Assembly: GCA_045627785.1 (NCBI GenBank)
Contig: JAZQOF010000036.1
Coordinates: 21,171-85,170, forward strand
Source: Bacteroidales bacterium
GTDB lineage: Bacteria > Bacteroidota > Bacteroidia > Bacteroidales > UBA3663
Length of the DNA: 64,000 nt
Direction: 5' to 3'
Shown in pieces: positions 1-10,700 of this stretch; position 1 is the stretch's first letter; each line of letters starts with the position of its first letter. The translations under genes were made by a program, and so were the position numbers. A model generated the notes under the pieces. The model did no database searches, had not been told where the DNA came from, and saw only the letters and a program-made list of their open reading frames with translations.

Positions 1-11
1 GATTTATCACT

Positions 12-2519
12 ATGACCGATCGTATTGTCGATCTTCAGATGGTTGTGGTCAACGGCACAATTCCGGCTCTTGTTTATCGAAATGACACACTGAAGTTTAC
101 TCCTGACGGAATGAACTTTGCTGACGACGATGCTGCTCGCGAGGTGTTACGCCGTATGCCAGGTGTCGAGTTTTCCGAAGGGCAGATTAAGGTGGGTGGC
201 AAGCCAATCATGAAGACATACGTCGATGGTCGTACCTCTCTCTTCGGAGACAATCCTATGACGGCAATCGATCACATCAAGGCCACCGATGTGGCTCATA
301 TCTATGCCTACGACGAAGACGAACATCCAGAGGAGGAAAATCCTAATCATAAGGGTGGCCGTCATCGTGTCTTGAATATCGTGACCAAGAGCAAGATGCT
401 AAATTCTTATGATGGAGTACTTTTTGGCGGAGTAGGCCCTACGTTGGGCGAAACTCTCAGTGGAAATGACTTGCGTTATGCTGGTGGCGGTTCGTTCAAT
501 TTCTTCAGCGACAAGTGGCTGTTGAAACTTGATGCCATGCAGAACAATCAGAACAGTAATTCCACTTCACCATCGCGTTACTTTACTACCGAGAGTCCTG
601 CTTCAACATACTCTGAGAATTCAATTCTGGGCGCGAAGCTTGAACGTAAGTGGCAAGGAAAGAAAAAGGGCAAGGATACCAGCCTTTCCGGCGAATACAA
701 CTTCAGTCGTATTGCTCCTGAATCAATGTCATACAGTGAGACAAACTATACCCCGTTGCCAGGAATGTCATACACTGAACGTCAGTATATCTCACAAGAT
801 CTCACCACAAGTCAAGATAACCGACATGTTGCAAAAATCAACTTTTCGAGCAAGACCGATAAGTATGGCAACATCACGGCCAACTATAGTATGAATGTGC
901 GCCATCATCGCGATATGAACGAATCTGAAGATCTCAATATCCTCGATGGAGTAAAGATGAGCGACGTGCGTCGTATTAATAACTCGCGTAAGGCTCAGGA
1001 GCATGAGGCGGATTTCTCTTTCAAACGCAATCTAGGCCGTAAGTGGCAATACATGGTCAAAGGTAATTATTCAAGCAAGAACGAAGACAATACTGAAAAT
1101 CGTTTTACCAATCTCGACAATCGTGTCTCCGAGCTTTTTATCCCTGAAGATAACCGAGGTGGAAAATGGGATCTTCAGCTTCACATGACGTTCGATACCC
1201 TTTCGTATAAGGTCAACGAAGATGGCAAGCGTGAGCTCGGTTCTTCAAACAGCCTTGCCGCAATCTATAACTTCCGCTCAGATAATCGACATCTTACTCG
1301 TGTGGCTGAAGATCTCTCAACTGGTCTTTTGGATGAGGTAAATACCTATAGTTTCCGCAATCAGCTTACCGAAAATCTCTTCGCATTGAAGTGGAGGTAT
1401 ATGAACAATAAGAGAAAGTTCATGACCAGTATTAAAGCAGGTGTGAACAATGCTGTGCTTACCGACAAACGTCGAGACTATTCTTTGTTCGACTATAACA
1501 AGAATTTCCTGATGCCTGATGTTGATGTGACAGTCCAGCAGTTAGGATTAGGTGGTTTTTATCTAAACTATACACTCGAGGGTTCTGTACCGGAAGTGCC
1601 ACAGATACGTCGTGTGCTCGACAATCAGAATCCTCTATATCTTAGGGTTGGTAATCAGGATTTGAAGCAAGCAGCAACGCACTCCGTTTTACTGTCATAC
1701 ACCAAATGGAAAGGAGGTATCTCTGGCAGTCATCTGAATATTTTCATGCAGGCAAATCTTACTGACAACTATATTATCTCCAAAACTACTTATTTCGGCA
1801 AGGACACCTACCTCGACGAATATAACTATTGGGCAAATGCAGGTAGTTCGCTCTCGACTTTTGCTAATGTCAGCAACAGGCGTTCCCTCAGTTTATATGC
1901 TTCGTGGTCACAGCCACTGTCGGCTATTAAGAGCGGATATAAACTTTCTATGAACCTTAGAGCTTCTCATACTCCATATTATTATAATGTAATGGATGCT
2001 ATCAATGGAAGCGAGGTTGCAGGCACAGCAAGTATTTATACAGATCGCATCAAGAACACTCATCTTGAATTGGCGTGGAAGGGCAATTATTCGAAATCTG
2101 ATTATCAGATGTCCGATCGTGACAATGAGATCATGACCAATCGACTGGCATTCACCGGCAATGTGAAGAATATCCTGAAGGTCGGATTCCTAAAGTTTGA
2201 ATACGTGTATAATCAGAATCACTTCATCACTCGCCATGCCAACGATGCCGATCAGATGCTGAATATCTATGCAGGTGTGAACCTCAAGCATGGCATTGAA
2301 CTGAGCATGACTGCCTACGACCTGCTCAATAGTGACAGCGGCAGAAAGTGGTCGGTTTCCGAGAATTATTCGCGCTTGTCCTACCGTGAGAACTTCGGCC
2401 GTTATATCAGTTTCAACCTGAAATGGAATCTGAGCAAGGTGAAGTCAAATCGAAATGTGGGTGATAAGTATAGCACAACAACAGTCAATGGAGTTATGGT
2501 TGTAACGTACAGCGATTAA
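12..2519 (+). CDS. TonB-dependent-receptor-like outer membrane beta-barrel protein (N-terminus probably cut by the window edge)
   Basis: 835-aa ORF whose frame stays open to base 3. It has a plug-like N-terminal segment (GVEFSEGQIKVGGKPIMKTYVDGR) followed by a long Y/N/S/T-rich region typical of OM barrels. Confidence 0.6.
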   Translation: MTDRIVDLQMVVVNGTIPALVYRNDTLKFTPDGMNFADDDAAREVLRRMPGVEFSEGQIKVGGKPIMKTYVDGRTSLFGDNPMTAIDHIKATDVAHIYAYDEDEHPEEENPNHKGGRHRVLNIVTKSKMLNSYDGVLFGGVGPTLGETLSGNDLRYAGGGSFNFFSDKWLLKLDAMQNNQNSNSTSPSRYFTTESPASTYSENSILGAKLERKWQGKKKGKDTSLSGEYNFSRIAPESMSYSETNYTPLPGMSYTERQYISQDLTTSQDNRHVAKINFSSKTDKYGNITANYSMNVRHHRDMNESEDLNILDGVKMSDVRRINNSRKAQEHEADFSFKRNLGRKWQYMVKGNYSSKNEDNTENRFTNLDNRVSELFIPEDNRGGKWDLQLHMTFDTLSYKVNEDGKRELGSSNSLAAIYNFRSDNRHLTRVAEDLSTGLLDEVNTYSFRNQLTENLFALKWRYMNNKRKFMTSIKAGVNNAVLTDKRRDYSLFDYNKNFLMPDVDVTVQQLGLGGFYLNYTLEGSVPEVPQIRRVLDNQNPLYLRVGNQDLKQAATHSVLLSYTKWKGGISGSHLNIFMQANLTDNYIISKTTYFGKDTYLDEYNYWANAGSSLSTFANVSNRRSLSLYASWSQPLSAIKSGYKLSMNLRASHTPYYYNVMDAINGSEVAGTASIYTDRIKNTHLELAWKGNYSKSDYQMSDRDNEIMTNRLAFTGNVKNILKVGFLKFEYVYNQNHFITRHANDADQMLNIYAGVNLKHGIELSMTAYDLLNSDSGRKWSVSENYSRLSYRENFGRYISFNLKWNLSKVKSNRNVGDKYSTTTVNGVMVVTYSD

Positions 2520-2520
2520 T

Positions 2521-3756
2521 ATGAAACATCTATTTCTACTTTTTTTTCTCTTTGTATCCATGCTGTCCTATGCTCAAAGCAAGGTAATAGAAGATACCGA
2601 GTCTTTGTCATGGGAGGAACTCTACCAGAAGGGAAAGTATTACCGCGAACATTCCAATAGTTTCCGGTCGATGCAATACCTTGAAGAGGCAGAGAAACTG
2701 CATTCGAGTGATACCATACGCAGGGAACTTGCTCTCACATATTATAATCGGGGACGTTTCCAGAAGTGTATAGACCTCTGTCGTTCGGTGCTATACCCGG
2801 ATACTCTTGATTCCGATCTTTATCTCATAGCTCGTAGTTTCGAGAAGATGGAGAAGGCAGATTCCGCTCTCAATTATCAGCTTATGGTGGCAGAAAGGAA
2901 TATTGAGAATTACAACAATCTTGCTACGCTCTGTAATACACTTATCAATGCCGGTCTTCATAATGATGCACTTCAGTGGATCGATGCATATTGCGCTATC
3001 GACTCGACCAATTCGACTATCAATACCGTCAAGGCATTTGCCCTTCATAAGGCAGGAAAGCACAAGGAGGCAATCAAGGTCTATGAAAAGCTTCGTGCTG
3101 AGGGAGATGACCGAAGCAGCACCAACTACTATCTTGGCTTGTCATATTATCTGAGCAAGAACGTCAGTTACAGTAATGTGTATGCCATTGACCTTCTGAG
3201 CCGAGCTGTTGAACAGACTCAACGTAAGAATGCTGCTATTCTTGCACGTTTTGCTGTGGCAGAGCTTTCATTCTTTCCATACGACGGCCACATTTTGAAC
3301 AAGGCATACAGTAACCAGAGCCATCATCCAGTTCCGAATCCATTTACAGGACTGATGGTCGGAGAAGAGTCTGATTACTTGAAAGTAAATAAAATAGCCG
3401 AGAATATCAACAGGCAGGGAGTTGCAGATCTTGAAGAGGCAATCGAACTGATGCAGCCTAACAAGGATATGCTTTTTTATCTATACAACCATGTTGGTAA
3501 CAGAATGACGGAGATGTATAGGCCAAACGATGCTATCTACTACTATAACCGTGCAAAAGGTGTATTCTCAAATCGTTTTAATCTCTATTACCAAATGGCA
3601 GTCAATTACCATCGCCTTAAGGATTACAAGAACGAGATGGCAAGTTACCAGAAATACATCGAACTTGCACCAGAAGATGAAGACCCAGAGACCATCGAGT
3701 ATGCAAAGGAATGCATTGCCGAATGCAGGAGAGTTCTTTTTATGAAAGAAAAATAA
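2521..3756 (+). CDS. Secreted TPR-repeat protein
   Basis: Signal peptide MKHLFLLFFLFVSMLSYAQS and repeated TPR-like A/Y/L helices. It starts 1 nt after the preceding stop, so is likely co-transcribed. Confidence 0.65.
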   Translation: MKHLFLLFFLFVSMLSYAQSKVIEDTESLSWEELYQKGKYYREHSNSFRSMQYLEEAEKLHSSDTIRRELALTYYNRGRFQKCIDLCRSVLYPDTLDSDLYLIARSFEKMEKADSALNYQLMVAERNIENYNNLATLCNTLINAGLHNDALQWIDAYCAIDSTNSTINTVKAFALHKAGKHKEAIKVYEKLRAEGDDRSSTNYYLGLSYYLSKNVSYSNVYAIDLLSRAVEQTQRKNAAILARFAVAELSFFPYDGHILNKAYSNQSHHPVPNPFTGLMVGEESDYLKVNKIAENINRQGVADLEEAIELMQPNKDMLFYLYNHVGNRMTEMYRPNDAIYYYNRAKGVFSNRFNLYYQMAVNYHRLKDYKNEMASYQKYIELAPEDEDPETIEYAKECIAECRRVLFMKEK

Positions 3757-3954
3757 AAATCATTTCCTTTCATCCACGCGCGTCGAAGACAACTCCTGAC
3801 TCTGGAAGTTCCGATCGTAGGCTTACAAAGACAACTCTTGTTAATGAAAGTTGGGAGCGTAGCAAGATGACGATTACACCAGAAAAGAAAAGTAGTCATC
3901 GACGTGTGTTGATGACTACTTTCATATTTATGGAGTTCCAATCTTCGACCTACG

Positions 3955-4048
3955 AAGACTTCTCGGGAATTCCCGAGAACTGATTGACGACCGTCGATGA
4001 GACTTCCGGACTTCCCGTGGACTGATCGACGCGCGTCAATGACAACTC
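3955..4048. repeat. GC-rich palindromic intergenic repeat, copy A (REP/MITE-like)
   Basis: 94 nt, with 82 of 94 positions identical and no gaps to 37995..38088. Contains the perfect 18-nt palindrome TCTCGGGAATTCCCGAGA. Lies between the convergent TPR gene and der. Confidence 0.8.
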
Positions 4049-5407
4049 TTACTTCTCGCGCATAAAGATGTTGATAGGAGTTCCTGTGAAATCCCACTTC
4101 TCGCGGATCTTGTTTTCAAGATAGCGGCGATAAGGGTCTTTGACCCACTGCGGAAGGTTGCAGAAGAATGCAAAGCTCGGCACGTTAGGAGCTGAGACTA
4201 CCTCCTCGTGCTGCTTGTCGGCAGTGACTGAGACTGTTGCCTTGAGCTGTGTGACATACTTGATCTTTACGAACTTGCCCTTGTTGTTTGGCGGTGGATA
4301 TGCGCTGATGCAGTCGAGCATGTACTCGTTGAGCTCGCTTGTCTTGATCACTCGCTTGCGGTTCTCATAAACCTTGACGGCTGTCTCGATCACCTTGTAG
4401 ATGCGCTGCTTGGTTGTTGCCGACGCGAAGATGATAGGGAAGTCGGTAAATGGAGCGAAACGGCTGCGGATGGCTTCTTCCATGCAACGTACACTCTCCT
4501 TGCTCTTGTCTGCCATGATATCCCATTTGTTGACACAGACCACAAGGCCCTTGCGGTTCTTCTCGATGAGTGAGAAGATGTTCATGTCCTGTGCCTCTAC
4601 GCCTCGTGTCGCATCGATCATGAGGATGCAGACGTCGCTGTTCTCGATAGCACGGATCGAGCGCAATACCGAGTAGTACTCGATGTCCTCTGAGACCTTG
4701 TTCTTCTTGCGGATACCTGCTGTATCGACGAGATAGAAGTCGAAGCCGAACTTGTCGTACTTGGAATAGATGGAGTCGCGTGTAGTGCCTGCGATGTCGG
4801 TCACGATGTGACGTTCCTCGCCCATGAAAGCGTTGAGGATCGATGACTTGCCGGCATTCGGACGGCCTACGATGGCGAACTTAGGAATATCCTCCAGATC
4901 GTCTGAGTCGTCTTTCTTGAAACGCTTGATACATTCGTCGAGAAGATCGCCTGTACCTGAACCGTTGGCTGATGAGATGACGAACGGATCGCCGAGACCG
5001 AGTGAATAGAACTCGGCTGCATAGACGTGCTGGTCGTAGTTGTCGGCTTTGTTTGCCACAACTATTACCTCTTTCTTGCTCTTGCGCAGGATTGCTGCTA
5101 CGCTGTCGTCGAGATCGGTGACGCCATTCATGATATCTACCACGAAGAGAATCACGTCTGCCTCCTCGATGGCGATGTCAACCTGTTTGTTGATTTCTCC
5201 TTCGAAAATGTCTTCACTGTTTACGACCCAGCCTCCTGTGTCAACAAGTGAGAATTCTCGTCCACCCCACATCACATGTCCATACTGTCGGTCACGTGTA
5301 GTGCCTGCAATGTCGCTCACGATGGCAGTCCTTGTCTCGGTGAGCCTGTTGAAAAGTGTAGATTTACCCACATTTGGGCGACCTACGATTGCTACTAAAT
5401 TTCCCAT
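4049..5407 (-). CDS. der: Ribosome-associated GTPase Der (EngA), two tandem GTPase domains
   Basis: Two G1 motifs (GRPNVGKST and GRPNAGKSS), DTGG/DTAG G3 motifs, NKAD/NKWD G4 motifs and a KH-like C-terminus. Confidence 0.95.
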   Translation of the reverse strand: MGNLVAIVGRPNVGKSTLFNRLTETRTAIVSDIAGTTRDRQYGHVMWGGREFSLVDTGGWVVNSEDIFEGEINKQVDIAIEEADVILFVVDIMNGVTDLDDSVAAILRKSKKEVIVVANKADNYDQHVYAAEFYSLGLGDPFVISSANGSGTGDLLDECIKRFKKDDSDDLEDIPKFAIVGRPNAGKSSILNAFMGEERHIVTDIAGTTRDSIYSKYDKFGFDFYLVDTAGIRKKNKVSEDIEYYSVLRSIRAIENSDVCILMIDATRGVEAQDMNIFSLIEKNRKGLVVCVNKWDIMADKSKESVRCMEEAIRSRFAPFTDFPIIFASATTKQRIYKVIETAVKVYENRKRVIKTSELNEYMLDCISAYPPPNNKGKFVKIKYVTQLKATVSVTADKQHEEVVSAPNVPSFAFFCNLPQWVKDPYRRYLENKIREKWDFTGTPINIFMREK

Positions 5408-5573
5408 AACTGAATTAAAAATTAAAAATTAAAAGTTAAAAATTATTTGATAATCCCTAACTCCTCCACCAGCCTTGTTTTGGACGAAGCGGTTTCCGAT
5501 AAGCTATGCCGTCACGGCATTTTTTATCAGCCTCTTGCCGTCGTGGGTAAGGTATCCGATGGATTTCGAGCTG

Positions 5574-5581
5574 CAAAGATA
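5574..5581 (-). promoter_or_regulatory. Bacteroidetes -7 box (TATCTTTG on the minus strand) upstream of der
   Basis: The plus strand reads CAAAGATA, a perfect TAnnTTTG match. It implies a 5' leader of about 165 nt. Confidence 0.45.
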
Positions 5582-5693
5582 TTGTATTTTATTATTTGTC
5601 AAACACTTTTGCGCTTTTATGACCGGAATTCCCGTGTCTGAGGGCGTTAAAGACCGAAAAATAAAGTGAACTTTGCATTATTATTATTTAAAA

Positions 5694-5733
5694 TGGAAAA
5701 GGTGAGCCTGATCACTCAGACTCGCCCTTTCCA
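5694..5733 (-). terminator. Hairpin terminator downstream of susD
   Basis: 13-bp stem (TGGAAAAGGTGAG / CTCGCCCTTTCCA, one mismatch and one G:U) followed by U4 on the minus strand. Confidence 0.5.
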
Positions 5734-5785
5734 CCAATAATTACTTATAAAAACTTAACTTTAAGTCTAAAACCGAGTATTATTT

Positions 5786-7738
5786 TTACTTAGTTACGTA
5801 GCCAGGATTCTGGTAAGCATCCTTCTCTGCATCGCTCAACTCGAGTGAGTTGATCTGTCCCTGTGGGATAGGTGAGAGCCAGTGATGTGCCTGGATCTGA
5901 CGTGTAAATGTCTTAGGAGTGTGATCCCAGTCGTTAGCGTCACACATTGTGTATGTAGAAGCACGATCTGTCCAAGTCTGTGTACGGATGAGGTCGAAAC
6001 GACGTGTGCACTCACCGAAGAGCTCACGCATACGCTCGTCAAGAACGTAGTCGATAGTGATCTCCTTAGGCATTGAAGAGAGCATTTCGTCTTCCTTGTT
6101 TTCGAAGATGTTTGCGGAAGACATCATGTCTGCAATGCTTGTAGCATCGTTGTTCTTGTTAGCGCTGTAAGAGTGACGGCCTGCACGCTGACGGAGTGGA
6201 ATGAGTGCGTTAACGGCATCAGCGTTATTGCCCAACTTCACAGCAGCTTCAGCAGCTACGAGATAGAACTCAGAGAACTTAGCGATAACGAATGGACGAG
6301 TGACAGCACCGTTTGGCTGACCCATACCACCGTTGTTGTCTGTACGGTATGTACCGAGCTTCCAGAGACCTGGATAGTACTTACGGTTGTATTCGTTGAG
6401 GCTGATAACGTAGTCAGCACGACCAGGAACTGAACCAGCACCTACACCGTTGTTGCTTGTGTTGTCGTATTTAACTGTGCCGACTGGGAACTCTTCGAAC
6501 GAGAGAACTGGGTCGCCCTGCTTAACCTGCATGCCGTTGGCATTTGTAAGAGTTGCGTTAGCGATACCTGCACGGTTCCAGTTGCCAAGGTAGTTGAGCA
6601 CGAATGTAACGTCGCGACGAGCATCGTTAGGATCGTTGAATACCTTTGAGAATACTTCGTGAACTGGAGACATACGAGTCCAAGGACGGCCGTATGACTG
6701 AGCAGCTTCACGGTTCAATGTAGGCTGACCTTCAACCGAACGAGCGTTAGGGTAGTTACATGTTGCAAACCATACGCAGAAGTTATCAGGAGCTGAACCA
6801 CCAGCATAACCATGGTTCTGAGCATCGTACTCTTCGTTGAACTCAGTGTGGTCAGCATAGAGCATCTGCTCCATGTTGTGGTCGTTCATACCAGCGTGAG
6901 CAGCATAGAATGTAGGGCAGAGGTCGAATGGGCCTTCAGCCTTGTGCTCGATAGCATAGTTTGCAACTTTGTATGCTTCCTGGAAGTATGACTGAGCAGC
7001 ACCGCTGTTACGGTCACAAGCTGGGTAAGTAGCGATGTTCTTTGGATTCTCGAGCCACCATGCATAAGTCAAATATGCCTTTGCGAGGAAGAGACGAGCT
7101 GTCTGCTTGCAGAGAGCACCAGTCTTACGCTGTGTGTCTGGAAGATCTTCAACAGCCTTTTTAAAGTCAGGGATGATACACTTCTCGTAAACTTCTGCAA
7201 CTGTGTTACGTACAGAAGAGCGGATAGCCTTTGTGTTGAACTTCAACTCACCAGCACCGAGATCGAGTGGCACACCACCGTAAGCCTGTACGAGCATGAA
7301 GTAGTCGAATGCACGGAAGAAATAAGCTTCTGCAACGAGTTCAGGAGCGAGGTTTACCGACTCGGCATTCTCGATGATACCACTGGCAGTATTGATGTTT
7401 GAGAAGCAAACGCCCCAGATAGCATCAGCACGGCTGTCAGATGGAGTCATGACACCTGAAGGGTCAAAGTCGTTGTTCTTGAAGTTACCGTCGGCAGACT
7501 GTCCCCAAGTGTATTCGTCAGTACCATTCTCCATGTAAGCATAGAAGTACTGGCCATAGAAATAACGTGTGTGGGCATAGAGAGATGTAAGACCACCTTC
7601 AATACCTCCCTTTGTTGTGAAGAATGAAGGGTCGAATGTAGCACGTGGCTGCTCTTCGAGGATGTCGCTACAAGATGTTGTTGCCAACATTCCAGTAGCC
7701 ATCAAACCCATAAGTGTATATTTAATGAACTTTTTCAT
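5786..7738 (-). CDS. susD: SusD/RagB-family nutrient-binding outer membrane lipoprotein
   Basis: Lipoprotein signal ending ...ATTSCSD, a 650-aa SusD-like sequence, and a position immediately downstream of susC. Confidence 0.9.
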   Translation of the reverse strand: MKKFIKYTLMGLMATGMLATTSCSDILEEQPRATFDPSFFTTKGGIEGGLTSLYAHTRYFYGQYFYAYMENGTDEYTWGQSADGNFKNNDFDPSGVMTPSDSRADAIWGVCFSNINTASGIIENAESVNLAPELVAEAYFFRAFDYFMLVQAYGGVPLDLGAGELKFNTKAIRSSVRNTVAEVYEKCIIPDFKKAVEDLPDTQRKTGALCKQTARLFLAKAYLTYAWWLENPKNIATYPACDRNSGAAQSYFQEAYKVANYAIEHKAEGPFDLCPTFYAAHAGMNDHNMEQMLYADHTEFNEEYDAQNHGYAGGSAPDNFCVWFATCNYPNARSVEGQPTLNREAAQSYGRPWTRMSPVHEVFSKVFNDPNDARRDVTFVLNYLGNWNRAGIANATLTNANGMQVKQGDPVLSFEEFPVGTVKYDNTSNNGVGAGSVPGRADYVISLNEYNRKYYPGLWKLGTYRTDNNGGMGQPNGAVTRPFVIAKFSEFYLVAAEAAVKLGNNADAVNALIPLRQRAGRHSYSANKNNDATSIADMMSSANIFENKEDEMLSSMPKEITIDYVLDERMRELFGECTRRFDLIRTQTWTDRASTYTMCDANDWDHTPKTFTRQIQAHHWLSPIPQGQINSLELSDAEKDAYQNPGYVTK

Positions 7739-7761
7739 TGTTTCTGAATTTAATAGGTTGA

Positions 7762-10700
7762 TTAGAATGACAAGTCAACACCAAAGATGAAGTTGCGAGT
7801 GAAAGGAGCATTTGTACCTACAACTGGGATACCGTGACCTGCATTACCGAATGTTGTTGCATTGAACTGACCGTTACCAGACATTGCATTTGGCTCAGGA
7901 TCCTGACCACTCATGCTTGTGTACTTAGAGAATGTAAATGGATTCTGGATTGTTGCATAAGCACGGAGGCTCTTGAAACCAGCCTTCTTGATTGCCTTAG
8001 GAGCAACTGTGTAACCGAGAGTGATAGAACGGATCTTGAAGTAACCTGCATCGAAGTAACCAAGAGTTGTACCGTACTTAGGGTTCTGGTCTGAACGTAC
8101 ACAGTCTGGAGAAGGGAAGTCTGCACCTGTGTTCTGTGGTGTCCAGTAGTCAACATCTACGTTGCCACGACGACCGTTGAGCATGTTCAAGTAACCTGAG
8201 CTACCGTAGAGTGTAGAAACCATCTTACCACCTATCTTGAAGCTACCTACTACCGAGAGGTCGAGACCCTTCCAAGAGAGGTTAGTATTGAAACCACCCA
8301 TGAGAGTTGGTTCGAGTTCCATAACCTGACGGTCATCCTCGCTGATAGCGCGTGTTGGCTTGCCGTTAGCATCGTATTCACCAGTGTATTCTACACGGAT
8401 AGAACCTACCTTTGCATCCGGCTGGAGGATCTTCATGAGTTCCTCTTCACCCTGCTGCCAAATACCAACTTTCTTGTAGTCGTAGATAACATCGATTGGG
8501 TGACCTACGAACCAACCGTTACCGATATCTTCCTTGTTACCAGAAGCAAGAGCAACGAGTTCATTGTGGTTGTGATAGAGGTTGATGCCTGCTGTCCACT
8601 TCCAATCCTTGTTCTCGATGATTGTACCGTTGATGCTCAACTCGAAACCTTTGTTTGAAGTCTCACCTACGTTAGCTGTATATGAGCTTACACCCGAAGT
8701 TGAAGGGAGGTTTACACCAAGAAGAAGGTCGCGTGTTGACTGAGTATAGTATTCAAATGTACCTGAGAGACGACCGTTGAAGAGAGAGAAGTCGAGACCG
8801 TAGTTCCAAGTCTGTGAGTACTCCCATCCGAGGTCTGGGTTAGGCAACTGTGTTACATAGTAACCCTTCTGGTAGTCATCACCGAAGTTGTAGTAACGTG
8901 TAGAGAGACGACCGAGTGTAGAGTATGGAGAGATAGACTGGTTAGAAGTCTCACCGTAACCAACACGAACCTTCAACTGATCTAGCCATTCAACATCTTC
9001 CATGAACTTCTCCTTGTTGATGTTCCAACCTGCAGAAACAGCAGGATATGTGTGCCACTTGTGACCAGCAGCAAGACGTGAAGAAGCATCTGAACGAAGA
9101 GCAACAGAGAGCATGTACTTGTCATCGTATGTGTACATTGCACGACCCATCCATGACATCAAACCGCTCTGGTTGTAAAGCTGTGAACCTGTTGGAACAG
9201 CGAGGTTCAATTCAGCATAACCGATGTTGAAATACTGGAAGTAGTCAGCTGGAATCTTCTGACCGCTGATGTATGACTGCTGGAATGTAGTCTGTTCAGC
9301 AGAGTACATACCTACAACGTTCAAGTGGTGCTTTTCAGCAAATGTGTTGTCGTATGTGAGGAGGTTTTCAACTGTCCAGTTGAGAGTCTCTGTGTGACGG
9401 AGCGAAGCACCGTTAGGGTTTGTATCAAGGAATGCGTTTACACCAGTACCAGTGAAGCTACCGTTCTTGTTCATCTTGTAGTTAGCACCTACGTTAACAC
9501 GGTAAGTAAGACCTTCGATCCATGGCTGTGAGATCTCAGCGAATGCGCTGTTGTATGAACCGAGGTTTGTAGTGTGGCTCAACCAGCTTTCCTCAACACC
9601 TTCGAGAGTCTGCTTAGTCATTGTCCATGACTGGTCGTCAACGCTCTGGAATGCACGCTTGAATGTGCCGTCCTCATTGTAAGGATTTACGAGTGGAGAA
9701 GCAGAGATAACACCATAAAGACCGATCTGGCTACCTTCTGTTACGCTGTAGTTAGTATTGGTAGTGATACCGATACGAACAAACTTGCCAACCTTCTGGT
9801 CGAAGTTTGCGCTGAGGTTATAACGAGTAAATTCCTGAGTTGGAACTACACCCTTGTTTGTGTGATAACCGAGACCGATGTTGTAGCTACCGCCCTTTGT
9901 ACCACCAGCAACCTGAAGGTCGTGGTTAGTAATGATACCTGTCTTGTAGAAGAGATCCTGCCAGTCAGTGTTCAAACCAGCCTTTTCATCAAGACCATAC
10001 TTTGGCTTCTCACCATCAGTATAGATATTAGCGATGCGGCGAACTTCCTCGAGCTGAGCACCTGTCATCATAGGATACTTAACAGCGTTCTGGAAACCTA
10101 CATAACCAGAGTACTTGATTGTTGCAGGCTGTTCGATAGCACCCTTGAATGTTGTAATCATGATTACACCGTTAGCACCGCGGGCACCGTAGATAGCTGT
10201 TGATGCAGCATCCTTGAGGATATCCATGCTCTTGATAGAAGAAGGAGAGATATCGTTGAGGTCACCCATGAATGGAATACCGTCGAGGACGATGAGAGGG
10301 TCGTTAGATGCAGTCAAAGAACGCTGACCACGAATACGGATCTGCATTGATGCACCTGGCTGTGAGTTGGTAGTAGTGAGATCCACACCAGCTACACGAC
10401 CTTGGAGAGACTGAGTGATGTCGGAAGAAGGAACCTCGCGGAGAGCGTCGCTGCTCATTGATGCGATAGAACCTGTCAAGTCTGAACGGCGAGCAGTACC
10501 GTAACCGATAACTACGACGTCGTCGAGCATCTTGTTGTCTTCCTGAAGAACAACATTAACCTTAGCAGCTGCAGGAACCTCCTTTGAGAGGTAGCCGATG
10601 TACGAAACTACGAGAGTTGCGCCACTTGGAGCCTTAAGGGAGAAATTACCGTCGATATCAGTGAGAACACCATTTGTGGTGCCTTTCTGAAGTACGTTAG

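Noticed and set aside
3645-4097. ORFs at 3645..4097 (-) and 3711..3983 (+), and similarly at 37992..38240 (-) and 38037..38261 (+).
   Set aside because: They lie entirely in the palindromic GC-rich repeat tracts. Overlapping ORFs appear on both strands (as expected from palindromes), with no promoter box and no recognisable protein features.
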